Virus record (IMG/VR): IMGVR_UViG_3300033475_000117
Span: 1 to 30,334 of that record
Strand: one strand, 5' to 3'
DNA from: a virus
Taxonomy: Duplodnaviria > Caudoviricetes
Length of the DNA: 30,334 nucleotides
Each line of letters begins with the position of its first letter. Positions within the stretch are counted from its first letter, which is position 1. This document shows positions 14,857-23,437 of this stretch, piece by piece. The notes beneath the pieces are model-generated. The model was not told the DNA's origin. It saw only the letters and a program-made list of their open reading frames with translations, and made no database searches. The position numbers and the translations under genes were made by a program.

Positions 14857-16843
14857 TGACCACGCCCTCCTTACGAAGGCGTTCGAGCAGGAGTTCGGGG
14901 ACGTGGTGCGTCCCGGTCAGTAGGAGATGGGAGCAGTACCGCTCCAGGCAGATACGTAACGGATCGGCATCGAAGCTGCTGGCAACCAGGCTGGTGAGGG
15001 CCGGTAGTTGATCCCAAGCTCCGTAGAGCAACCGGGCGACTCGCGCCTGGTCCTCCACCTTTATCCTGGTATGCAACTCATGAGCAGGTACGTCCCGGAA
15101 CTGGTTTCGGGTATCTCGGTCAAGCAGCCGCTTGCCGGCAAGCTCCAGCCCTCGGCGGACGGTTGCTTCGGCCACGACGACCACGGCCATCTCTTCCATC
15201 TGCCGCCGGTCGGCAGCCGAGGCTTGAATTCCGGTCGGGGCGGTCGGCATGCCACGCTGTGAGCCCATGTTCGGCGAGTTGATGGAGTCCGGGATCGGCG
15301 GCGGAAGCGCTGACTTGACGCCGGTCGGCGGTGGCGGTGGCGGTGGCGGCGGCCCATTCATTCCGAGGGACTCGCCATTCGGGCCGGGCAGCCCAGCCTG
15401 GTCCGGTGGCGGTGGCCCACCCATCTCCGGTGGCAACGCCGCGACCATGTCTTCCTGCGAGACAATGTCCTGCGGGACGCCGGCCGCTTCACGGATCGCC
15501 TCGTTCTGCAGCAGTTCAGTGTTGCGCATGATGAGTTCGCGGAAGAACCGCTCCATGTCCTCATCGACGTCTGGGGAATCGGATTCCTTGAAGTAGCCAG
15601 CCTCACGGAGCGCTTGCGCGGAGATGACCTGCTTGTCGTACAGATTCAGGGCATCCTGGAATCGCTGGGGACGCAGCTGCAGGGGAGAGGTGTCGTAGGC
15701 GTAGGTGTACCTGGACGGGTCCTTGCCCATGATGCGTAGCGCGGGGATGAGGTATGCCTTGGTGAGCGCGTCGCAGATCCGGTTCATCAGGGGCTCGATG
15801 TGCACCTTGATGCCCTGGCCGTCGATCAGGTAGGCGCTCCAGTGGTTCGCGTCGCCGGTACCTTGCAGGACCTCCGGGGGCATGTCGAGACCGACACCGA
15901 GCCGGTTGACCGCCTCCTTGCGAAGGTCCATCGCCTGCTGAGATAGCTGGCTCTCGAACGTCAGGAGTTTCCAGCCCTCTGCGTTGTCAGACTCGACGAT
16001 GTTCGGTAAGACGCCGAGGGCGGAGCCCTCACCTCGCAGGCTCGCTGCACCGGCCTTGGCCAACCGGACCATCAGCGAGTCGCTGGGTGTCGTGGTGCCT
16101 GGCTCCAGCGGCATGTCGACGTTGTTCGGGATGATCATCAGACCGGCGCCGACAAGACGCGAATCGATCTGACTAAAGATGTACTTGGTTAGCTGCTCTA
16201 ACTCTCGCAGGATCATCTGGCAGGCATGGGCTGGAGAGTCGGCACACCAGTACCGGTTGGGGTGCGGCGTCCAGACCCGGGTGATGACGTTCTGCTTGAT
16301 GTCGATGTTCCAGGCGCTGCCGTCCGGCATGTACCAGGCCCATTGCATCTCTCCGTTGGAACCGTTCACACGGCGCATCTCGGAGGGAGACAGCACGAAC
16401 CACTCGTCACGGGGACTGTCACTGGTCTCGCCACTCGGGTCCCCCGGCTTGCCGACGATGTAGGACTCGCCGGCCACGCTGAGGTTGATGCCCAGGCTGC
16501 GCAGCGCCTCTGCCTTCGCGGCGGGACCGCCGAGTAGCGAGTCAGCTAGCGCGTTGACCCGGCTGTCCTTGACCTCTCCCTGGACCCGGCCCAGCTTGTC
16601 GACCTCGGCGACATATATACGGACACGAGAGCAGCAGGCGCCGACCCAACGAGCGGCAAACGCGAACTCAGGAATGATGTCGTAAAAACGCCATAGCTCC
16701 CGCTGCCATCCTTCGTCTCTGAATTTCCACAGGTTGTATGAAAGGTCAGAAAGACTGGTCCGGATTGCGGAGGCAACGAGGGACTTAGGCTGCTGCGCTT
16801 TTGTCTCTGCGCTAGCGGTCAGCGCCTTACGTCCGAAGGCCAT
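14846..16843 (-). CDS. Portal protein, 665 aa
   Basis: WQRELWRFYD, LSVAGESY, RVWTPHP, SRLVGAG, GLDMPPEVLQG..DANHWSA motifs as in actinophage portals; lies between DUF1360 gene and MuF. Start trimmed to ATG 16843 (GGAGG 10 nt upstream). Confidence 0.85.
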   Translation of the reverse strand: MAFGRKALTASAETKAQQPKSLVASAIRTSLSDLSYNLWKFRDEGWQRELWRFYDIIPEFAFAARWVGACCSRVRIYVAEVDKLGRVQGEVKDSRVNALADSLLGGPAAKAEALRSLGINLSVAGESYIVGKPGDPSGETSDSPRDEWFVLSPSEMRRVNGSNGEMQWAWYMPDGSAWNIDIKQNVITRVWTPHPNRYWCADSPAHACQMILRELEQLTKYIFSQIDSRLVGAGLMIIPNNVDMPLEPGTTTPSDSLMVRLAKAGAASLRGEGSALGVLPNIVESDNAEGWKLLTFESQLSQQAMDLRKEAVNRLGVGLDMPPEVLQGTGDANHWSAYLIDGQGIKVHIEPLMNRICDALTKAYLIPALRIMGKDPSRYTYAYDTSPLQLRPQRFQDALNLYDKQVISAQALREAGYFKESDSPDVDEDMERFFRELIMRNTELLQNEAIREAAGVPQDIVSQEDMVAALPPEMGGPPPPDQAGLPGPNGESLGMNGPPPPPPPPPTGVKSALPPPIPDSINSPNMGSQRGMPTAPTGIQASAADRRQMEEMAVVVVAEATVRRGLELAGKRLLDRDTRNQFRDVPAHELHTRIKVEDQARVARLLYGAWDQLPALTSLVASSFDADPLRICLERYCSHLLLTGTHHVPELLLERLRKEGVVSAI

Positions 16844-16845
16844 GA

Positions 16846-17142
16846 TCAGCGTTCCTCCAACTGAGACAGAAGACCGGTTACGTAGGACATGGCCAAAGCT
16901 GCTGGGACGGCGAGCCACCAGTCCTTCGTCGGCAGCATGAGGAACGCCCAGAGCACTGCCCCGGGCGCCGCAATCCACATAGACGAACACCAACTGCAGT
17001 GGATGAGGTAGGACATAGCCGAGTCCTCACCCCATTTGTTGACCACCCAACGACGCAGGGGCAGCATGATTACATCAGTGGCCACTAGCCGTGTTAATCG
17101 AGCAACCGCTATCGTGACAAGAACTAGTGCCGCCCATACCAT
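16846..17142 (-). CDS. DUF1360-like membrane protein
   Basis: Hydrophobic segments with RLTRLV..D and YLIHCSWCSSMW (CxWC) motif; upstream of portal. Confidence 0.75.
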   Translation of the reverse strand: MVWAALVLVTIAVARLTRLVATDVIMLPLRRWVVNKWGEDSAMSYLIHCSWCSSMWIAAPGAVLWAFLMLPTKDWWLAVPAALAMSYVTGLLSQLEER

Positions 17143-17148
17143 GGTCTA

Positions 17149-17154
17149 ATCCTA
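17149..17154 (-). promoter_or_regulatory. Putative -10 element (TAGGAT) for a leaderless head-operon transcript
   Basis: TAGGAT ends 6 nt before ATG 17142; no Shine-Dalgarno; -35 is weak. Confidence 0.45.
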
Positions 17155-17262
17155 AGGGCAAGACCATCTCTAAGCGAAGAGCCGAATAGGACCATTATCG
17201 GCACCCGAGATATCGGGTGTAGAATTCCTCTATACGCAAATGACATTGAGGAGTGCTAATAC

Positions 17263-17481
17263 ATGGAACCCGGCGACCCCGCGACGGAGCAGGCCAGGCG
17301 CGACTACCTGGACGCCCACCGCGATGACTTCGATGTGGACAGTGGCGTGGCGATCGAGCCCTGGGTGCACGGCCTAGTGGACGAGGTCGAGGCCAATACC
17401 GAGCGCCTACTTGCGACCCTCGACCTGCAGGACGGCACGCAGCGGACGCGCGGCACGGGCTGGTGCGCTCCGAGTCCTTGA
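17263..17481 (+). CDS. Hypothetical protein
   Basis: GAGGAG RBS before ATG; first of a run of closely packed + strand ORFs. Confidence 0.65.
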   Translation: MEPGDPATEQARRDYLDAHRDDFDVDSGVAIEPWVHGLVDEVEANTERLLATLDLQDGTQRTRGTGWCAPSP

Positions 17482-17729
17482 TCTACCGTGTCGTCATGAA
17501 CGACGCGGGGCATCACCAGCACACGGCGGCGGCCGACATCCTCCGCCAGTTCCACGGGTACGACCATCTACCTGAGCCCCATCGGGGCGTCAGCGACCTC
17601 TTCCATGTGCTCGCCACCGAACTGGTCTTCCGCATCCCTGAGAGTCCAGCCTTAGCCGCCGGCCTCCGCAAGTTGCTCACTGCTCGCGAAGCCTGCGTCC
17701 ACGCGTCCCTGGAGGCTGGCGGCCAATGA
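17463..17729 (+). CDS. Small helical-hairpin phage protein (YDHLP...GLRKLL motif); alternative start 17496
   Basis: ILRQF.GYDHLP...P.SPALAAGLRKLL.A.EACV.A resembles a widespread small phage protein family; stop overlaps next start (ATGA). Confidence 0.7.
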   Translation: MRSESLIYRVVMNDAGHHQHTAAADILRQFHGYDHLPEPHRGVSDLFHVLATELVFRIPESPALAAGLRKLLTAREACVHASLEAGGQ

Positions 17730-18019
17730 CAGTGGCTCTGATCGCAACCGCATGGTTCGACCGCTTTCGCCCGCTTCTCGACGACATCGAGAGCAACGAG
17801 CACTGGTGCGCCCGGCACTGGGCGCCCGCCCCTCTTCTTCATGCTGATGGGATCTGCGCCTCCATGGAGATGATGCAGATCTTCGTCCACGAGATCGCTC
17901 CTGATGCCCGGACGGTTCCGGCCCTCAACGCTCGGCTGCACGCGGTCGGTCGCGTGTGCTGCACCCTTGGTGACGAACGGATGCATGAAATCTGGCAGAA
18001 CTGGCTCGACGGCAGTTGA
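17726..18019 (+). CDS. Hypothetical protein
   Basis: ATGA coupling to the previous gene; WCARHW and VCCTLG motifs. Confidence 0.65.
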   Translation: MTVALIATAWFDRFRPLLDDIESNEHWCARHWAPAPLLHADGICASMEMMQIFVHEIAPDARTVPALNARLHAVGRVCCTLGDERMHEIWQNWLDGS

Positions 18020-18052
18020 CGGCGCCCAACTCAGCAGGGGTACCCTTGCTGC

Positions 18053-18310
18053 GTGCCCGACCTGACAGAGTTGCCGGACCAAGCACTTCCTACTGATACC
18101 GATGAACTACGCCAGCAACTGGTTGACCTGAACAAGAGTCTGCGGGCAGACATCGCGGCGCTGTGGGCTGAGGTAGCCACTCTCAAGAACCGTGACAGCA
18201 AGGTCGCGCGATCGGTGATGGACCTGCGTTCGGATGTCGGGCGCCTACGACAGGCGCTCATCCGCATCGAGAACGACATCGATGAACTGTTCGGAGAGGC
18301 CGATGCCTGA
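18053..18310 (+). CDS. Small coiled-coil protein
   Basis: Heptad pattern over most of its 85 aa; AGGGG upstream of GTG. Confidence 0.6.
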   Translation: MPDLTELPDQALPTDTDELRQQLVDLNKSLRADIAALWAEVATLKNRDSKVARSVMDLRSDVGRLRQALIRIENDIDELFGEADA

Positions 18311-18800
18311 CGTCTTCCCAGACCTGCCTGGTCACCCCGACTACTTACCTCTGATCGAAGAGGTGTCGACCCACCTGAAGGTGCCGGCGACCCAGGCCAT
18401 CCCACGACCGGTTCGGATGATGGGGGCACGGAAGAGTCGGCAGGCCTGGTCCTGGATCTGGCTCGCCTCTCCGCCGTTGTACTTGGACGGGTTCCCGCTG
18501 GACGAGCCGATACCTTACGTCCGGTACCACTGCACCCTGATCATCGACATCCACGACCCGTGGCATAACGATCCGTACTACCGGTACGAGGCCAAGATCC
18601 AAGGGAAGAACGACCTGTGGATCACCTTGGAGTCTCGGAACCGGAAACCGGTCACGCCGGACGAACTTCGGCGCGGCCTGGAGCTTGCGCAACTCCTGCC
18701 CAGCAAGCGCTGGGTCCAGGCTCCGGACGACGGGGACCAGTACAGCTGGGACGCCATTCCCGCCAGGGTTATGAAGGACGGCAAATGGTTCAGCAGCTGA
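18303..18800 (+). CDS. Hypothetical protein
   Basis: ATG 18303 with GGAGAGG RBS, overlapping the previous stop; protein-like composition. Confidence 0.65.
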   Translation: MPDVFPDLPGHPDYLPLIEEVSTHLKVPATQAIPRPVRMMGARKSRQAWSWIWLASPPLYLDGFPLDEPIPYVRYHCTLIIDIHDPWHNDPYYRYEAKIQGKNDLWITLESRNRKPVTPDELRRGLELAQLLPSKRWVQAPDDGDQYSWDAIPARVMKDGKWFSS

Positions 18801-19081
18801 CCAATGCTGACCGGGCGGCGATGAAGGATCTGGTCGCCGATGCGGAGCGGATCGATCGGGAGTTAGCCAGCACCGTCCAGTGCCCCGTCTGCCCGGCAGT
18901 ACCGGGGGAGCCATGCGAGGGCGCCGGTGTCTGGGATCCCGGCTCCAGGCACCAGCATTCCGTTGCCTGCCACGTCGGCCGCCTGAAGCGTGCAGTGCCA
19001 GCGCCACGTCCACCGCAGTACGCCTGGCTCGACATCCATGACGAGATCCTCGCGGATCCGTGGGGATTCTGGGCTAGGTAA
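18785..19081 (+). CDS. Phage zinc-finger protein
   Basis: CPVCPAVPGEPC...H..R pattern common in small actinophage proteins; start trimmed to ATG 18785. Confidence 0.65.
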   Translation: MVQQLTNADRAAMKDLVADAERIDRELASTVQCPVCPAVPGEPCEGAGVWDPGSRHQHSVACHVGRLKRAVPAPRPPQYAWLDIHDEILADPWGFWAR

Positions 19082-19097
19082 ATTTTCGAGGAAACGC

Positions 19098-19127
19098 TTG
19101 ACACCGGATTCTGGGTCGAGCTAACTT
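19098..19127 (+). promoter_or_regulatory. Housekeeping-sigma-type promoter TTGACA-N18-TAACTT
   Basis: Perfect -35 and TAnnnT -10 in the intergenic gap before the DUF932 gene. Confidence 0.7.
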
Positions 19128-19178
19128 TGTCCACGTGACCGGGACACGGTGTCCGGGTCACCACGACAAGGAGACATC

Positions 19179-20432
19179 ATGACCAGCACAACCCTGCCCA
19201 ACACGGACAACCTCCGCTACGCCGACCTGAAGAGGCTCAACGAGGTCCTCAGTTCGCAGCGCACCCGGGCCTTCGACGTCGTTGCTGGCGCCCAGTCCTT
19301 CCGGTTCACCGATGACGCTCAGTTGCAGTTGTCGGGCATCGCCGAGCCGGTGCTCTTCGACGACGGCGTGACCGACGTCAACGGTCTCTACGACCCGACC
19401 TCCGTGGCGGACGAGGGCTTCAGCGAGAAACTCAACCTCCCGGCCGGTATTCCGATTAAGTTCCTGCGTCAGGCTCGCAACACCATGCCCGACCTCTACG
19501 CCTCGGTCCTGAACCGGGTATTGCGCGACGAGAAGCGCACCTTCCTGCTCCGCTTCCTGCGCAGCGACGATCAGCACCAGGGTCTACTCCGCGCCTTCTT
19601 GTCGGACCAGTACAAGACCATCGACAACATCGATGTGCTGCTGGCCGTCTTGGAGGGCATTCGAGGTGCTGGCGTGGATCCGCGTCGCATGGTGATCGAC
19701 GCCGACCTAACCGAGCGCCGGATGGTCGTCCGGGTTTCGGTACCCGAGATCGCCGTCTACGCGCCGGAGTTCCTCAAGAACTATCGCAACCCGTTCGATG
19801 GCAGCAGCGTGGCTCGTGGCTGGGTGCCGGACCAGCTGCGTCAGGCCGCCGACCGCGAGGGCCACAAGGTGACCGATGAGGTCGTCTTCGCCGGCTTCGT
19901 CTTCACCAACAGTGAGACCGGTGATGGCGCCTACACCCTCACCCCGCGCCTCACGGTCGGTGTATGCACCAACGGCCTGCAGCTGACAGCGGATGGCATC
20001 CGCAAGGCACACCTGGGCGGCAAGCTGGGGGAGGGCGTCGTCAGATGGTCGAAGGAGACCCAGCAGGCCAATCTGGCGCTGATCGTCACCCAGGCCGCCG
20101 ACACCGTACGGACGTTCCTGGACAAGGAGTACGTCACCGCGCAGGTCGAGAAGTTGACGAAGAAGGCCACCGAGAAGATCGGTGCCGCGCCGCAGGAAGT
20201 GATCGCCAGGGTCAGCAAGCAGGCCGGCTTCACAGAGGCGCAGCGAGACATCATCCTGGCCCACTTCATTCAGGGTGGCCAGTTGACCACCGGTGGCGTG
20301 ATGCAGGCCGTCACCTCCGCGTCGCAGGTCATCCAGGATGGCGACACGGCCTTCGAGATGGAGGCCGCCGCGCTGCGGTGCCTGGACTTCGCGCACCAGG
20401 CCAACCGGGACCTGGTCAAGGCCGGCAAGTAA
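19179..20432 (+). CDS. DUF932/DUF945-family protein
   Basis: LRAFLSDQYKTIDN and FTNSETGDGA...PRL...VCTNG motifs; AAGGAG RBS before ATG 19179. Confidence 0.75.
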   Translation: MTSTTLPNTDNLRYADLKRLNEVLSSQRTRAFDVVAGAQSFRFTDDAQLQLSGIAEPVLFDDGVTDVNGLYDPTSVADEGFSEKLNLPAGIPIKFLRQARNTMPDLYASVLNRVLRDEKRTFLLRFLRSDDQHQGLLRAFLSDQYKTIDNIDVLLAVLEGIRGAGVDPRRMVIDADLTERRMVVRVSVPEIAVYAPEFLKNYRNPFDGSSVARGWVPDQLRQAADREGHKVTDEVVFAGFVFTNSETGDGAYTLTPRLTVGVCTNGLQLTADGIRKAHLGGKLGEGVVRWSKETQQANLALIVTQAADTVRTFLDKEYVTAQVEKLTKKATEKIGAAPQEVIARVSKQAGFTEAQRDIILAHFIQGGQLTTGGVMQAVTSASQVIQDGDTAFEMEAAALRCLDFAHQANRDLVKAGK

Positions 20433-20440
20433 CAGCGATC

Positions 20441-20467
20441 AGGGCGGTCCTTCGGGGCCGCCCTTTA
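20441..20467 (+). terminator. Intrinsic-terminator-like hairpin
   Basis: AGGGCGGTCC-TTCG-GGGCCGCCCT stem with a C(UUCG)G loop, 8 nt after the stop; short U tail. Confidence 0.7.
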
Positions 20468-20481
20468 CCCCCGGGGGACCA

Positions 20482-20751
20482 ATGGCAACATCGAACCACG
20501 GCGCCGAGGGACTGCTGATGGACACTGAAGACGTCGGCCGGCTGATCGGCGCTGGCATCGCGCCGGCCTCGGTCACCAAGTACCTCCGCGAGTCCAGGCC
20601 TGGCGGAAGGTACGCGAAGCATCCGTTCCCGGACCCGGACGGCACAGTGCAAGGCTGCTACTTCTGGCTCAAGTCCCGGGCCGGTGAGATCACCGAATGG
20701 GACGCCGGGCGCCCGAAGCGTGGCACCCGAACAGATCTAGGAATGGGATGA
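20482..20751 (+). CDS. AlpA/excisionase-like HTH DNA-binding protein
   Basis: MDTEDVGRLIG...SVTKY...FPDPDG...W...ITEW..GRP.RGTRTDL pattern; start 20482 or 20518. Confidence 0.65.
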   Translation: MATSNHGAEGLLMDTEDVGRLIGAGIAPASVTKYLRESRPGGRYAKHPFPDPDGTVQGCYFWLKSRAGEITEWDAGRPKRGTRTDLGMG

Positions 20752-21161
20752 CGATGGGCGGATTCAGAATGCCGTTCCCGGCTACACCGACAGTTCGGAT
20801 GTGGCTAACGGTTCGGGACCCAAATCCGACCGGCGGCGCGCGGGTCGACACTCTGTGGATGCGGGATATGCGTACGCAGTTCCAGCCTCGGGCTGGAGAC
20901 AAGATCCATATCTCGGTCAGCGAAGACGGCGATGACGATTTCAAGTGGACCGTCTACAGCTGCTACTGGAGCCACAACGGGCGATACAACCTGAACCTGT
21001 CACAGATGCTGATAGATGAACCGGGTAACAGTTACCTGGTCACCAGGAGCGATGATTTTGCCCGGTCCTGGCCGACAGATGTTTATGGGCGCCCGGAGGA
21101 AATGCTGCGGCGCGGCGGCTGGATCACCTACGAGGAGTTGGAACGTATCCATGGGAACTAA
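20748..21161 (+). CDS. Hypothetical protein
   Basis: ATGA coupling at 20748; protein-like composition. Confidence 0.6.
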   Translation: MTMGGFRMPFPATPTVRMWLTVRDPNPTGGARVDTLWMRDMRTQFQPRAGDKIHISVSEDGDDDFKWTVYSCYWSHNGRYNLNLSQMLIDEPGNSYLVTRSDDFARSWPTDVYGRPEEMLRRGGWITYEELERIHGN

Positions 21162-21567
21162 TTTCTTTTGGCTTGACTCGCCTTGCGATCACTGCGGGCG
21201 GTACGAGACCATCCATGTCGGCAAGTCCTCTGGCGGCTGGACGTTCAGCTTTCGGGCGTACCGGCACCAGCTGTCGGACGACGAGCACCCCGAGTGGGGC
21301 TACAGCCACGAGTCCCCGTTCGGCTACCCGGTCCTGTCGCGGAACGATTGGCGCAAGGTGTTCGACACCAGGGACGGGTTCCTCAAGAACGAGTACGGCA
21401 CCTGCATCCTCGATCCGGTCAAGTGGGTCGACGCGCTGGCGGGGCCGACACCGGAGGAACGGTACAAGGAGGACCAGGAGATCCGCCGAAGCATCTTCCA
21501 GCTTCCGGCGCACGAGGAGTGGCGCGACGCGGAGGGCTTCCGCTTCAAGACTGTGGAGTTCTGCTGA
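21151..21567 (+). CDS. Conserved-looking phage hypothetical protein (MGTN...CxxC...HVGKSSGGW)
   Basis: MGTNFF start, CDHC, HVGKSSGGWTFSF and NEYG motifs; overlaps the previous stop. Confidence 0.7.
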   Translation: MGTNFFWLDSPCDHCGRYETIHVGKSSGGWTFSFRAYRHQLSDDEHPEWGYSHESPFGYPVLSRNDWRKVFDTRDGFLKNEYGTCILDPVKWVDALAGPTPEERYKEDQEIRRSIFQLPAHEEWRDAEGFRFKTVEFC

Positions 21568-21920
21568 TGAAGTGGAAGGAGTTCTGGCACGAGGTAGTGC
21601 GCGCAGCGCAGGGTCGCGAGGCATGGATGCTGGAGGACTTGGAGGAGCGCTATGGGAGAGCGCTGGAGCGGGTCTCCGGGCTGCAGACGGCTCTCGACAT
21701 CGAGCAGGCCAACCACCAAGCCACGGCCGAAGACCTGCAGACCCTGCACCGCAACGTCACCAAGATCCTCGCGGGGCTCAGTCACGAGGGTAAATGCTCT
21801 CCGTACCACCTGGGCCAGTTGGATTGGGCGCTGGAGGACGCTAGGCCGGCACTGGAACTTAGCTCCCGTAGAAGCCCCCGTACGACGACGACTCATTCCA
21901 CAGATCCCGGAGGGTCGTAG
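21567..21920 (+). CDS. Hypothetical coiled-coil protein
   Basis: TGATG coupling at 21565-21569; 3' end overlaps the convergent terminase gene by 62 nt. Confidence 0.55.
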   Translation: MKWKEFWHEVVRAAQGREAWMLEDLEERYGRALERVSGLQTALDIEQANHQATAEDLQTLHRNVTKILAGLSHEGKCSPYHLGQLDWALEDARPALELSSRRSPRTTTTHSTDPGGS

Positions 21921-23310
21921 AGAGCACGTCGGCCGGGCTGGACATCCGGACCTCCTTCTTCTCACCCTCCATCAGGAAGCGACAGGCATGGACCAGGGCG
22001 TCGAGGCGGTCTGGGGACTCACGGGTACCCCAGGCCGTGAAGGTCGCCATCTGGTTTTCCAACTCCTTGAAGCGGCCTACCAGGTGCAGTCTCCCCTGCT
22101 CGGAACGCATCGCTACTGGTTCGCCACGAGTCCGCTTTCCGAGCTTCGAGTCGATACGGACCATTGGTGGCTGAGTGTGCTGCGGGAAGACACCTTGTCC
22201 GACTAGCTCAAAGTAGGCGTCCCGGAACACCTGCTCCATCCACCGTTTGCCGAGGTTGTCCTCCACGATCAGCTTATCGGCGTTGTACTCGGCGGCAATG
22301 CGCCAGGCCTCCAGAGCAGCGGCCCGGCCAACCGACATGATGGACCGGTCCGCGATGACATACATATGCTTCAGTGCATCTCTGGACACGACCACGATGC
22401 CCATCTCGTCGTCCTCGCCGGTGAGGCTCGGGTCAACACCGACTACCGTGGCGACCAGGTCATCCGGAACGGTCTGCAGCCGGTAATTCTCCATATCTAG
22501 CCGACTGAACAGAGCCCCTTCAAAGGCCTCAAGAATCTCGCCATAAAGCTCTTGAAGACCGACCGCAGTACCTTCGTACCGCCGCTTCAATTCCTCGATA
22601 ACGAGCGGGGACAGGTTCCTAGCATTGTCGAATGTGGAGCCACGGATAATGTGGACGGTCTCGTCACCCTGGCGCTCGACCCATTCTTGCAAGATATCGA
22701 TCGGCTTCGGTGTCGTTGTGACGAATGCCCTGGGGTGGTCAGCTATCAGGTCAGCACGCAGCGACGGCAGGATGCCCTCGTACCAGCTACGCTTTGGCGT
22801 TTTCCACTTGCAGATCTCGTCCAGCCAGGCGCCAGAGGCGTTATAACCACGGCCAACGTCCGGGTCATCAGCACCCTCGGTGTAGATCTTCGCCCCGTCC
22901 TCGAAGACGACCATCGGACGAGGGCTCATCTTGTACCGATATTTGATCTTCCGCCGATTCAGCACGTTCAGGATGCCGGCCGGTCCCTCCATGCAGATGG
23001 TGCGGGCATCGGAGAGGGTTTCAGCAATGACCAGCCATTCGGTGGGGATTCCGCTGCGGTCGAATGGATTCTTCAAGATGCGATCGACAATCCATTCTGA
23101 ACCGGAGCGGCTCTTCCCCCAACCACGCCCGGCCAATGCCAAACAAACGAACCAATTGCCAACTTCCGGCGGGATTTGCTCAGGGCGAGCAACCCACCAC
23201 CAATCGCCTCTGACAATTTCTTCGATCAGTTCGTCAGATAATGCGGCTAGCCAGGCCTTGCGATCGGGGGCAGGCAATAGGGCAACGCGGTCTTGCAGAC
23301 TTAATGACAC
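21859..23310 (-). CDS. terL: Terminase large subunit
   Basis: ARPEQ Q-motif, Walker A AGRGWGKS, Walker B AWLDE, TTTP coupling motif, nuclease motifs VGVDPS and SPDRLDA. Confidence 0.95.
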   Translation of the reverse strand: MSLSLQDRVALLPAPDRKAWLAALSDELIEEIVRGDWWWVARPEQIPPEVGNWFVCLALAGRGWGKSRSGSEWIVDRILKNPFDRSGIPTEWLVIAETLSDARTICMEGPAGILNVLNRRKIKYRYKMSPRPMVVFEDGAKIYTEGADDPDVGRGYNASGAWLDEICKWKTPKRSWYEGILPSLRADLIADHPRAFVTTTPKPIDILQEWVERQGDETVHIIRGSTFDNARNLSPLVIEELKRRYEGTAVGLQELYGEILEAFEGALFSRLDMENYRLQTVPDDLVATVVGVDPSLTGEDDEMGIVVVSRDALKHMYVIADRSIMSVGRAAALEAWRIAAEYNADKLIVEDNLGKRWMEQVFRDAYFELVGQGVFPQHTQPPMVRIDSKLGKRTRGEPVAMRSEQGRLHLVGRFKELENQMATFTAWGTRESPDRLDALVHACRFLMEGEKKEVRMSSPADVLSTTLRDLWNESSSYGGFYGS

Positions 23311-23316
23311 CCGTAA

Positions 23317-23345
23317 ATAGTACTAATGGTTCAGTTAGAGATCAA
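23317..23345 (-). promoter_or_regulatory. Promoter TTGATC-N17-TACTAT for leaderless terL
   Basis: -10 ends 6 nt before GTG 23310; no Shine-Dalgarno. Confidence 0.6.
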
Positions 23346-23375
23346 GAACCGACTTAGAGTACGCTTGGATTCTTG

Positions 23376-23435
23376 GGTTCGGTCCGGCTTGGCTAGGCTT
23401 GGTGAGGCCTGGCTTGGTGAGGCGAGGCAGGGCGT
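23376..23435 (+). repeat. Twelve in-phase degenerate pentamers GG(C/T)NN
   Basis: ggttc ggtcc ggctt ggcta ggctt ggtga ggcct ggctt ggtga ggcga ggcag ggcgt. Confidence 0.9.
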
Positions 23436-23437
23436 GA

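Noticed and set aside
16844-16993. N-terminal 50 aa of the 715-aa portal ORF
   Set aside because: Overlaps the DUF1360 gene; ATG 16843 has a good RBS.
21859-23310. Intein or intron in the terminase
   Set aside because: Normal length (483 aa), contiguous motifs, no splice-junction or homing-endonuclease motifs seen.
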